Source: Candidatus Omnitrophota bacterium (lineage in GTDB: Bacteria > Omnitrophota > Gorgyraeia > Duberdicusellales > 4484-171). From it: 64,000 nucleotides of DNA. The position numbers and the translations under genes were made by a program. The stretch spans positions 70,160-134,159 of the forward strand of contig JBAWWL010000008.1 in assembly GCA_037146775.1 (NCBI GenBank), given 5' to 3'. The notes under the pieces are model-generated. The model made no database searches. It saw only the letters and a program-made list of their open reading frames with translations, and had not been told where the DNA came from. The first letter of the stretch is position 1, and each line of letters opens with the position of its first letter. Shown piece after piece: positions 39,273-48,015 of the stretch.

Positions 39273-40076
39273 ATGTCTTTTTACAGAATTTTTACCATTG
39301 TGCTTCGCCAGCTTTATCTTATCCGCGGCAGCTTCTCGCGAGTATTTCCGCTTTTTGCCTGGATCGGAGTCGATATGATTCTGTGGGGATTTCTTACGAG
39401 ATATCTTAATACTGTAGCTCTTCCCGGTTTTAATTTTGTTCCTGCACTTCTCGGTGCGGTTCTGTTGTGGGATTTTTTTGGACGTATCATGCAAGGTGTT
39501 ACCATCGCATTTTTTGAAGATGTCTGGTCGCGTAATTTCCTTAATATATTTGCGACGCCGCTTTTGATATCCGAATATGTCAGCGGTCTTGTCTTAACGA
39601 GCATCCTGACGAGTTTAGTAGGGTTGGTTGTGATGTGTGTGATAGCAACTATTTTTTTTAAGTTATCATTTTTTGCCTATGGCCTCATGGTGATGCCGTT
39701 TCTTTTGGTGCTTTTTTTATTTGGTATCGCACTCGGTATTTTCGGGAGCGCACTCGTGTTTCGTCTTGGCCCGGCATCGGAATGGTTTATTTGGCCGATC
39801 CCTGCATTTATTTCGCCGTTTGCCGGAGTATTGTATCCTATTTCAACGCTGCCGCATTGGATGCAGTTTATTTCGAAAATATTGCCGCCAGCGTATGTCT
39901 TTGAAGAGTTAAGAGCAATTATTCAAGGCAGAACGGTTTCGTGGATGCCGCTTGTTATTGCTACAGTTCTTTCGCTCCTATATATATTGTTGGCATATTG
40001 GCTTTTTACGAGAATTTACCGCAGTGCGTTGCGCAGTGGCCTTATAGCTCGCTATAGTGCAGAAAGCGTCAGCTAA
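39273..40076 (+). CDS. ABC-2 type permease
   Basis: 6 TM, YP...LP.WMQ.IS..LP..YVFE. Confidence 0.9.
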   Translation: MSFYRIFTIVLRQLYLIRGSFSRVFPLFAWIGVDMILWGFLTRYLNTVALPGFNFVPALLGAVLLWDFFGRIMQGVTIAFFEDVWSRNFLNIFATPLLISEYVSGLVLTSILTSLVGLVVMCVIATIFFKLSFFAYGLMVMPFLLVLFLFGIALGIFGSALVFRLGPASEWFIWPIPAFISPFAGVLYPISTLPHWMQFISKILPPAYVFEELRAIIQGRTVSWMPLVIATVLSLLYILLAYWLFTRIYRSALRSGLIARYSAESVS

Positions 40077-40306
40077 TTATATAGGACAGCCCCCCCAGAT
40101 GCCAAATATAGCGCAAAAACCATGAAGAATAATAATTCATATTGAAAGATTAATATGATGTCTGCCAGAAGCAGCCTCAACACATCAATCTAATAACCTA
40201 CCAACGTATCAACTTGTCACCTATTTGGACACCAGTTGCTAAAAATGAAAATAGTGATATACTATATTTTCCTAAAGACATTGAAAACAAAAGCGAATTG
40301 ACTATT

Positions 40307-40345
40307 GCGCCCGTAGATCAATTGGATAGATCGTCTGGCTACGGA
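40307..40345 (+). pseudogene. 5' half of tRNA-Arg(ACG) ending at the anticodon loop; left prophage attachment site
   Basis: GCGCCCGTAGATCAATTGGATAGATCGTCTGG-CTACGGA then GAAGA instead of the pairing CCAGA; no T arm; integrase about 1 kb away. Confidence 0.8.
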
Positions 40346-40457
40346 GAAGATTTAAACCTCAGTAATCACCAATAGAAATAAGGGTTTGTTAATAGTGATG
40401 TTGCTAAAACGTAAGCGATTAGCTAAAAAAGTGCTTAAATAGTTGGATAAAAAATAC

Positions 40458-40487
40458 TTGACAAAAATAGGTAAAAAAAGGTATACT
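40458..40487 (+). promoter_or_regulatory. sigma70 promoter of the NYN gene
   Basis: TTGACA-18 bp-TATACT. Confidence 0.6.
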
Positions 40488-40579
40488 TTAAGCGAACCAA
40501 GGAACCTTCCGAAAGGAAGAACATTGATCAGAGAGAGGGGTAACACCCTCTCTTTCTTACTTTGTAAGGAGGTGTTTTA

Positions 40580-41305
40580 ATGCTGCAAGTACGTAAAGAT
40601 AAGGTAATGATTTTTGTTGACGGTAATTATGTATATAAATGCTTAGAGGATATTAAAAAAGGGCTTGATGCTAAGCATCTTTCATTGTTATTGGAAGCGG
40701 TTTTTAAAAAATTGAATGGAGACAATGACTTACGCAGAATTTATTATTATAACTCATATCCACCGCTTGAATCAGATAAATCTCGCGCCGAAGGTGTTGC
40801 CAAACTTATTTGGCAAATAGAAAACAAAACAAAGAAATCACTTTCAGATATACAAAACGAAATCAAAAATATGTTTACACAGCATTTGCCGCGCGAAGAA
40901 GTATTAAAAAAGCTAGGTTTGACTGCACAGGAGTTTGAAGCCCAAGCATTACATAAGAAATCCAAACAACAAATGAAATTCTATGAAGTTTTAGAGTATC
41001 ATGGATTTAAGGTAATTTTGAATAAACTTAAAAAAGATAAATATGGTCATTATTACCAAAAAGGTGTAGACATTTATATTGCTTCAGATATGTTAAGTTT
41101 AGCTTTTGAGCATGGCTATGATACATCGGTGCTTGTAAGTGGCGATGCTGATTTTATCGAGGTTGTCAACAAAATCCAGGAAAAAGGTAAAAGAGTGATA
41201 TTGTCTTGCTTTGAATGCGGAAAATCTTGGGAGTTACAAAGAATTTGTGATGATTTTATTTGTTTAGATAGTATTCACGAAGAGATGGTTTCTTCTAATA
41301 GATGA
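40580..41305 (+). CDS. NYN (LabA/DUF88, PIN-like) domain nuclease
   Basis: IFVDGNY, RIYYY, QKGVD..IA.DM, LVSGD.DF, S.EL...CD.FI.L. Confidence 0.9.
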   Translation: MLQVRKDKVMIFVDGNYVYKCLEDIKKGLDAKHLSLLLEAVFKKLNGDNDLRRIYYYNSYPPLESDKSRAEGVAKLIWQIENKTKKSLSDIQNEIKNMFTQHLPREEVLKKLGLTAQEFEAQALHKKSKQQMKFYEVLEYHGFKVILNKLKKDKYGHYYQKGVDIYIASDMLSLAFEHGYDTSVLVSGDADFIEVVNKIQEKGKRVILSCFECGKSWELQRICDDFICLDSIHEEMVSSNR

Positions 41306-41309
41306 ATAT

Positions 41310-42305
41310 TTAAAACTTCAACGTCTCAACCGCTTTCTTTAAATGCTCCGGACTTAGGTGAGCGTATATCTGCGTAGTAGCAAAGTCAGCATGGCCCAAT
41401 ATTTTACCTACTGTATATAAATCCACCCCACTCATGACTAACCATGAGGCGCAGGAATGACGAAGTACATGGAAGAGCCTGCCTTTACCCAAGTTTATCT
41501 TCGCGGCCACCAATAAAGTCTTAAATGCCCTCTTGGGCTCGTCTGTGTATTTTTTACCGTTATAAACGAACACAAACGGCGTAGAATGGGGTATCTTGTG
41601 TAGGGTAGAGGAAACCATCGGATGTATGGGAATTGTGCGAAAAATACGGCTTTTTGCCTTACTACCACGTATTGTAATAGTATTGTTCGATAAATCTATG
41701 TCTTTCCATTCAAGATTAAGGATTTCACCTATTCTCATGCCGGTATAGAGTGCAGTTATGATTATAGGATATAAATGCGATTCTTTGGAAACTTCAAGCA
41801 GCTTGGATATTTCGTCTTTGGATAAATAGCGCGGAGGTTCTTTCGGTACTTTGAGTTTTTTAATCTGGTCTATCGGATTATCAAAGATGTAGTTATTTCG
41901 TTTAGCGTAATTTAAGAAAGTGCGGATATTGCCGATATAGTTATTTATGCTTTTAGGTTTTAGTTTTTTCAGCGATTGAAGATATAGTTGTATCGTATGT
42001 GGCTTAACATCCCTTAACGTGTTTGCTCCGCTAAACTTAATAAATTTCTCTAACTGTGGTATATCTGTCTTGAGTGATTTTTCTGCTTTCTTGAGTTTCG
42101 AGTATTCCTTATATTCTTCAACAATTTCTGAAAGTTTTTTGCTTGTAGGTAATTTGGCGCGGCCTTCCTCAAGCTCTATTTCTTTTTGCCGTTTTAGATG
42201 AAGCGCTAGCCTGCGGTCCTTTACCTTGAGGGAATACTGGATCCTTTTTCCGTTAAGATAGAACGAAAGCCAGTAGGTGTTGTTTCTTAGGAAGATTGAG
42301 GCCAT
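41310..42305 (-). CDS. int: phage tyrosine integrase
   Basis: TGMRIGE, HVLRH, LGH and TQIYAH catalytic residues. Confidence 0.95.
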   Translation of the reverse strand: MASIFLRNNTYWLSFYLNGKRIQYSLKVKDRRLALHLKRQKEIELEEGRAKLPTSKKLSEIVEEYKEYSKLKKAEKSLKTDIPQLEKFIKFSGANTLRDVKPHTIQLYLQSLKKLKPKSINNYIGNIRTFLNYAKRNNYIFDNPIDQIKKLKVPKEPPRYLSKDEISKLLEVSKESHLYPIIITALYTGMRIGEILNLEWKDIDLSNNTITIRGSKAKSRIFRTIPIHPMVSSTLHKIPHSTPFVFVYNGKKYTDEPKRAFKTLLVAAKINLGKGRLFHVLRHSCASWLVMSGVDLYTVGKILGHADFATTQIYAHLSPEHLKKAVETLKF

Positions 42306-42306
42306 C

Positions 42307-42669
42307 TTAAGGCACTATGCCATATTTCATTGGTTTGTCGGAATTGATAGATGAATATTCTTCAACAATCCCATCTTTAGAAAACATTATGACCAGCATT
42401 TGATTTTTCATTTCCATTTCGCTGTGGATAATATTGACTACCGGTATAAAGTTCCAGGCGGTATTTCTTACCTTACTGGCAAAGTAAGAATAAACTAATC
42501 TTCCGTCTTTATCGAAGTAGGTTGTGTCGGGTTGGCCGAAAACCTTTACCACTTCTTCTTTGGTAGTTTTGCCTTTTTGAAGCTTATCAACATTAGTTTG
42601 TTTAATTTCTGTTCCAACAGTGGCGCAGCCGGAGAAAAGAACCAAGATACAAAATATAATTATTCTCAT
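42307..42669 (-). CDS. SmpA/BamE-like lipoprotein
   Basis: Lipobox LFSGC, G.TTKEEV...FG.P. Confidence 0.75.
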   Translation of the reverse strand: MRIIIFCILVLFSGCATVGTEIKQTNVDKLQKGKTTKEEVVKVFGQPDTTYFDKDGRLVYSYFASKVRNTAWNFIPVVNIIHSEMEMKNQMLVIMFSKDGIVEEYSSINSDKPMKYGIVP

Positions 42670-42678
42670 AGTCTAATT

Positions 42679-43317
42679 TTAATTGAAACTTTTCAAAGCC
42701 TTTATAACCTTGCCAATAATTTCTATGGTAGTATTTTTTGGATCAATTACTATCGGTGCATAATCGTGATTACACGGCTCTAAAATAATTTTTTCGCTTT
42801 TCCCGTCTTCTGTTTTTGTTCTATAAAATTTTTTCATTGTGCATTCATCTCCTATCCGCGCCACAATAATATCGCCATTATTTATATGATTATTAGGCGA
42901 AACGATGACGAGGTCACCGTTAAAAATACCAGCTTCTTTCAAGCAGTCACCCTTTACGCGCAAGGCAAAGCAGTCTTTGTTTTTTACAAAATCATAATTT
43001 AAAATAATGGTATCAAGAATATCTTCGAATGCAAAATTAAATCTATCTGCCGGGCATTCACCGCGAACAGGTATTTCTACTGTTTTTGATATTGTAGTTT
43101 CTTTAACTGGTAACGCACCATAAAGTTCGGCCTCTGATATATTTAAAGTTTTGCAAAGTTTTTTCCTAGTTTCGGGATTAGGCTCATTAATGCCCTGTTC
43201 GATTGCTCGGATAGTAGCCAATTTTACCTTAGACTTTTCAGAAAGTTCTTCTTGAGTTAGTCCGGCCTGATCGCGATAAAATTTTAATTTTATAGTCATG
43301 GTAGATAGTATTATCAT
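42679..43317 (-). CDS. CI/LexA-like repressor (XRE HTH + S24 peptidase domain)
   Basis: LTQEELS...E.G..EP HTH; ALRVKGD.L...I..GD, TMKK; the usual catalytic Ser position reads Cys (GDCL). Confidence 0.9.
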   Translation of the reverse strand: MIILSTMTIKLKFYRDQAGLTQEELSEKSKVKLATIRAIEQGINEPNPETRKKLCKTLNISEAELYGALPVKETTISKTVEIPVRGECPADRFNFAFEDILDTIILNYDFVKNKDCFALRVKGDCLKEAGIFNGDLVIVSPNNHINNGDIIVARIGDECTMKKFYRTKTEDGKSEKIILEPCNHDYAPIVIDPKNTTIEIIGKVIKALKSFN

Positions 43318-43457
43318 AACAGCTTTTAAGATATTTACTTGTAAAAATTATAATATTTATATTTTTTTAGTCAATCAAAAACACTCAAAAGCTATTGATT
43401 TTAAAGGGTTTCTAACATAAAATATAATACTTGCAACGATTTAGTTGTATTTTTTAC

Positions 43458-43486
43458 TTGACAGGTAATATAAAAAATGGTATAAA
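43458..43486 (+). promoter_or_regulatory. rightward (PR-like) promoter
   Basis: TTGACA-17 bp-TATAAA in the cI/cro intergenic region. Confidence 0.6.
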
Positions 43487-43558
43487 TCAACTGAATCTCC
43501 AAATTCTATTTTTTTTGTCCTGTTACTAATATAAAAAATATTACTTGAGAGGAAAAAG

Positions 43559-43819
43559 ATGAGAGGAAAAATAAGACTAAGAAAGACAGTCGTTGAAACT
43601 TGGGTAAAGGGTGCAGGCCCTGATATGAATATAACCAGGTTAGCTGAGGAAGAGGGTATAGATCCTGGTAATTTTTCACGAATGATGAGTGGTGACCTCG
43701 AGCCGTCAAAGCCGGTGATGAAAAAATTATTGATGCGCACCGGTTATAGTTTTGATGCATTGTTTGAATTTGATAGAAATGCCACATCAGATGAAAACGA
43801 TAAAACAAATGATAATTAG
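43559..43819 (+). CDS. Cro-like HTH regulator
   Basis: ITRLAEEEGIDPGNFSRMMSG..EPS; divergent from cI. Confidence 0.8.
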   Translation: MRGKIRLRKTVVETWVKGAGPDMNITRLAEEEGIDPGNFSRMMSGDLEPSKPVMKKLLMRTGYSFDALFEFDRNATSDENDKTNDN

Positions 43820-43891
43820 TCATCAATATTATGCTAACACGGTTTTTAAGTTTTGCGGAAGATAAAAATAAAAATTCTTAGGAGGTAGAAA

Positions 43892-44281
43892 ATGGCCGGC
43901 AAGCCCCAAATAAAAAACGAATTAACCGAAGAACTAATGGAAGCGAAAGCTTTTTACGCTAATTTTACCGGTGATATTGAAAAGATACTTGAGTCTATCG
44001 ATAGGAACGAAAAACTTGACCGGCAGAATGATGATATCCGTAGCAAAACATTTTGGTTTCTACTTAAGGCGCTTGAAGCATATAGCGCTAAAAATTATGA
44101 GGAAATGGATAAGTTTGTCCATTGCGCGGTACAAAAGTTGCATGAGCAGGAACGCCTGGACTTTGCTGATGATAAGCCAAGGGGAGAAGCAAAGATTAAA
44201 ATATCCTTGGCCCGGCAAAAAGCAATCCATAACGAAAAAATATTAACCAATTTATTGGAAAAATTAAGTAAGAAAGGATAA
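43892..44281 (+). CDS. phage hypothetical protein
   Basis: AGGAGG RBS, in the early operon. Confidence 0.65.
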   Translation: MAGKPQIKNELTEELMEAKAFYANFTGDIEKILESIDRNEKLDRQNDDIRSKTFWFLLKALEAYSAKNYEEMDKFVHCAVQKLHEQERLDFADDKPRGEAKIKISLARQKAIHNEKILTNLLEKLSKKG

Positions 44282-44283
44282 CC

Positions 44284-44499
44284 ATGAAAGTCTTACCTGT
44301 TGAAAAACGTTGCCTTTCGGTTACTGAATTAGCTAACTATCTTAGTATTTCCCGGGCCTTTATCCACCAGGAATATCCGAAATGGTGTCTTAACTACGGA
44401 ATAAGGATTTATAAGGTCGGCGCCAGCGCCCGTAAAAAGGTTTTATTTGAGAAGCAAGATATCGATCAGAAATTATTACCCAATCTACAGGTAGTATGA
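44284..44499 (+). CDS. excisionase-like HTH protein
   Basis: LSVTELANYLSISR...I.IYKVG...LF...DID. Confidence 0.75.
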   Translation: MKVLPVEKRCLSVTELANYLSISRAFIHQEYPKWCLNYGIRIYKVGASARKKVLFEKQDIDQKLLPNLQVV

Positions 44500-44538
44500 A
44501 TTATTTCGCTGGCCGTGAAAATAAAAAGGGAGGTAACG

Positions 44539-44712
44539 ATGAATAAAATTGAGTTTACCAGCCTTATGCGGCACAAGCAGCGTATTGTTGAAGCCTTGGA
44601 AATAATTGAAATGTATAAGTACACCGTATTAGTTGCGGACTTGCAGGGAGAACTTAGGGGAGAATTTGAGGATATTGAAAGAAGAACTAAAGCAGAAGCA
44701 GTTGTGGGTTGA
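44539..44712 (+). CDS. small phage hypothetical protein
   Basis: GGAGG RBS, operon context. Confidence 0.55.
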   Translation: MNKIEFTSLMRHKQRIVEALEIIEMYKYTVLVADLQGELRGEFEDIERRTKAEAVVG

Positions 44713-44762
44713 AAGTGACAATGTTGTGGTGTCAGTGTCCTTTTGATGAGGTTGGTTGAAAT

Positions 44763-45120
44763 ATGATTTCTGATTTGAGTTCTAAAATACATCAATTTCT
44801 TGAAGAACATTGTGTAGGCAAAAAGTATGCCATAAAAGCCCAGATTATCGCCGATACTTTTGAGGTTAGCTTACGAGAGGTAAACGCGGCGGCAAGGAAA
44901 ACTTATCGGATCGTCAAAAGAAAATCCCTGCGGTTATTATCTTCCGGCTACCGAAGAAGAGGTAAAAGACTATCTCGACACGTTTAAGCGCGAACTCTTC
45001 GATATGTTAAAGACGTTCAACCGTCAAAAAAGAGCAAAGGCTGTTTACCTAGAAAACCAAAAAATAGGCAGTTTGTTTGATTTTAAGTGTAACCAAGCGG
45101 GCCAACTAGTTTTTATTTAA
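44763..45120 (+). pseudogene. frameshifted winged-helix phage protein
   Basis: The first frame gives ...VSLREVNAA; another frame continues GKLIGSSKENPCGYYLPATEEE...QLVFI* to 45120. Confidence 0.65.
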
Positions 45121-45126
45121 TTATAT

Positions 45127-46125
45127 TTGATGGAAAGAATATATATCAATCCCTATAAGTTATTTATAGGCGCCTTTCTTCCTAATTGGCTGCTTTCCCG
45201 GCCGGAAAAAGAAATAAGTCTTGGCGCTAAGGTTTGTTACGCAAAATTATGCCAGTATGCCGGAAAAAATGGCGAGTGTTTTCCCAACCAAACATCCATA
45301 GCTAACGATATCGGTTGTGGCCGAAGACAGGTTATCCGCTATATCCAGGAGCTTGTTGGGTTCCAGCTAATAATTTCTGTTAAGGTTGGCTTCCCGGGCA
45401 GAAACGTATATAGATTTTTATATCATGATTGGATGAAGTCTTACCCGGTAAGGTCAAAAATAACTCCCATGGATGGCCGCTCAGTTGTGACATCTGTGTC
45501 ACAACTAGACACAACCAGTTGTGACATCCCTGACACTCCAGTTGTGACACAGATGGTAAGCCCTATATATGAAGAGAATCAACTAAGAGAATCAATAGAG
45601 AGTATATATAAGCACTGGAACTCTTTAAATCTACTAACCCACCGTAATTTCGAGAAATTCAAGCCGGTAATAACATCAGCACTAAAGATTTATAAGCTCG
45701 AAGAGGTTAAGGCCGCCATGAGCAATTACGCTATGGTGGTTAATGGCGACAAATACTTCTGGAAATACAAGTGGACATTAGATCAGTTTTTGGACCGTAA
45801 GAACGGAATAGATAGGTTTTTGCCGGGAAATTTCAAAGAGAAGGATTATTTAAAGAACATCGGCAAGACTAACCAGGATAACTCATCGGCTATTAATGAA
45901 GAATATCTAAGCAAGAAATTAGGAAGAATCGCCACAAAAGAAATGATTAAAGAAGTTTTAAGGCAAATACCGCAAACTCAATGGTGGGTAGTTGGTAAAT
46001 TCTTACGCCGGAGATATCCGGCAAGTAACGGCATCGATGAGGTAGAGCGCGAACTTATAGCTGAGTCGCGTGTAGGGCAAGCTCGTATAGCTGAATTAAC
46101 CAGCGGGATAGCAAAGGCGGCATGA
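45127..46125 (+). CDS. phage replication initiator (N-terminal HTH) containing origin iterons
   Basis: AK..YA.L..YAG..G.CFP....IA.DIG...R.V.RYI.EL; internal CAGTTGTGACA repeats. Confidence 0.8.
   Translation: MMERIYINPYKLFIGAFLPNWLLSRPEKEISLGAKVCYAKLCQYAGKNGECFPNQTSIANDIGCGRRQVIRYIQELVGFQLIISVKVGFPGRNVYRFLYHDWMKSYPVRSKITPMDGRSVVTSVSQLDTTSCDIPDTPVVTQMVSPIYEENQLRESIESIYKHWNSLNLLTHRNFEKFKPVITSALKIYKLEEVKAAMSNYAMVVNGDKYFWKYKWTLDQFLDRKNGIDRFLPGNFKEKDYLKNIGKTNQDNSSAINEEYLSKKLGRIATKEMIKEVLRQIPQTQWWVVGKFLRRRYPASNGIDEVERELIAESRVGQARIAELTSGIAKAA
45482..45555. repeat. iteron cluster / putative phage origin
   Basis: CAGTTGTGACA at 45482, 45516 and 45539, inverted copy at 45497-45506; 16-bp inverted repeat 45491-45506 / 45540-45555. 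Confidence 0.75.
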
Positions 46126-46598
46126 AACGATTTTATTATTTTATCTTAATTGGGATGTTTGTATTAAGTTTTTCCGAAAATATTTACGCAAACAATCTTT
46201 GTGCCAGCTGGTATAGTCGCGAAAGTTTGATTAAAGAAGGGACTTGGAAGAACGGAAAAGAAAGGAGAATGGCAAATGGCAAAAAATTTAATGAGAACAA
46301 TCATACTTGCGCCACTAGGTTATATCCTATTGGGAGTATCCTGGTTATTACTAATATTGCAACGGGGGATAGATGTGTTGTTGAGGTTACTGATAGAATT
46401 GGGAGAAGGTTCGCTAAAAAAAGAATAGATTTAAGCAGAATGGCTTTTTCTTGTTTGGCCGATTTAGATACCGGCATTATCAAGGTTAAAGTCGAACCGA
46501 TAATAATAACCAAGCGGAAAAACGTTACTGCTTCCCGGGTAAGCGGAAAGCAGTACGTTCCGCCAAAGGTTAAGGATAAAAGATCAATAAAAAAATAA
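46122..46598 (+). CDS. RlpA-like double-psi beta-barrel lytic transglycosylase
   Basis: ASWY...ANG..F......A....P.GS.L..TN......V.V.DR......IDLS..AF..LA....G.I.V.V. Confidence 0.85.
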   Translation: MKRFYYFILIGMFVLSFSENIYANNLCASWYSRESLIKEGTWKNGKERRMANGKKFNENNHTCATRLYPIGSILVITNIATGDRCVVEVTDRIGRRFAKKRIDLSRMAFSCLADLDTGIIKVKVEPIIITKRKNVTASRVSGKQYVPPKVKDKRSIKK

Positions 46599-46650
46599 TA
46601 ACAGGCCGGTCCGCACTTACCTGCGGCCGGTCACCAATAAGGAGGGTGAC

Positions 46651-47937
46651 GTGGTAGATATCAAATTATCTCAAATCTCATTAAGCGGAACTAATCCGCG
46701 TAAACGATTTAACGCCGAAATGTTCAAGGAGCTGGTTGATTCTGTACGTAAACACGGAATAATCGAGCCGTTAATTGTCCGGGAAAGAAAAAATATACCC
46801 AATCGCTTTGAGCTCGTATCCGGAGAGCGCCGCCTTAAGGCAGCTCAGGAGCTTAAGTTTGATGTAGTGCCGGCAATTAAAAAGGAATTAAACGATGTCG
46901 AGGTCCTTGAAATCCAGTTAATCGAGAACATCCAGCGCCAGGACCTTTCGCCGGTTGAAGAGGGAAGAGCGTTCAAGGCGCTCATGGCAGCATCTAAATG
47001 CACACAGGAAGACGTGGCGCAGAAGATCGGTAAAAGCCAGGGGTATGTAGCCGCCCGCGTAAGCCTTTTAGATCTACCGGAAGATTTTTTAAAATTACTT
47101 GAAGAAGATAAACTCCAAGCCGGGCATATAAAGTTCATGATGAATTTTAAGGCATCACCAAAAATATTAGACAACTTAAAGAAGAGATTAAAGGATCATT
47201 GGAAAAACGCAGATACTATTACCGTCAGAGAATTTCAAGATTTATGTTTAGATGTCACCTCAAGACAAACTAAACCGCTTTATAAAGAAAGCTATGGTGG
47301 CGATATGTGGCCGGTGTTTGATCTTAAGGTTTGCGAAAAGTGTGAACACAACAAAACCGTTGATCTTAAATGGGATAAAAACAAAAAACGTTGTTTCAAC
47401 CCGGAATGTTGGTCACAAAAACAAACAACATTTAAACGCGCCGAAGCCGAACGTGTCAGGGAAAAGGTAAAGTCCGGCAAGGTGGTAAAAGAAGCAGATT
47501 TACCCAAAAACCTACAAACTCTTGAAAATTGTAGGTTTGATAAGAAAACTTGCGCTAAATGTGAAAACCGGAAGATAGGAATTGTAAAAGATTGGAATAA
47601 TAAATCAGTAAAAAAAGAAATATGTCTCGATAAAGAATGTTACGCCCGGAAAGAAAAAGAAGCCCTGGAAGCGGCAGAAAATGCTAAGCAAGAAGCTTTT
47701 AAGAAGCAAGTAGAAAAATGTAAAGAAAAAGCCGCTAAAGGTGCTATGGATCGAGAGTTTGTTATTGAGCTTTTAGTTTCCAAGATGGGATGGGATAACC
47801 ATGAAGCGGTAACGCTTGCTTATGGTATCAAGCGCGAGATTTTGAATAATCACAAAAAAGCTATGGAATATTTCACAAGAAATACCAAGGTTAACGTAGA
47901 GGAGATACTGCGTTTCGTAACCTATTGGAAAGATTGA
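46651..47937 (+). CDS. ParB/RepB/Spo0J family protein with Cys-rich C-terminal repeats
   Basis: NPRK.F....EL..S....GIIEPL.VR...GERR..A, LIEN.QR.DLSPVEE. Confidence 0.85.
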   Translation: MVDIKLSQISLSGTNPRKRFNAEMFKELVDSVRKHGIIEPLIVRERKNIPNRFELVSGERRLKAAQELKFDVVPAIKKELNDVEVLEIQLIENIQRQDLSPVEEGRAFKALMAASKCTQEDVAQKIGKSQGYVAARVSLLDLPEDFLKLLEEDKLQAGHIKFMMNFKASPKILDNLKKRLKDHWKNADTITVREFQDLCLDVTSRQTKPLYKESYGGDMWPVFDLKVCEKCEHNKTVDLKWDKNKKRCFNPECWSQKQTTFKRAEAERVREKVKSGKVVKEADLPKNLQTLENCRFDKKTCAKCENRKIGIVKDWNNKSVKKEICLDKECYARKEKEALEAAENAKQEAFKKQVEKCKEKAAKGAMDREFVIELLVSKMGWDNHEAVTLAYGIKREILNNHKKAMEYFTRNTKVNVEEILRFVTYWKD

Positions 47938-48015
47938 GCTTTTTGACCTATTTTGTAGGCATGGCGAGGTAAAAGTATTGTATCAACCGGAATAGGCCAG
48001 ATTGAGGAGGTTCAG

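Noticed and set aside
40307-40460. Intact or intron-containing tRNA-Arg
   Set aside because: The anticodon stem cannot close, no T arm or 3' exon is seen in the window, and the downstream DNA is AT-rich without group I intron features.
41310-42305. Integron integrase serving the cassette array
   Set aside because: No IntI-specific insertion is evident; it lies about 18 kb away in a prophage lysogeny module beside its own tRNA att.
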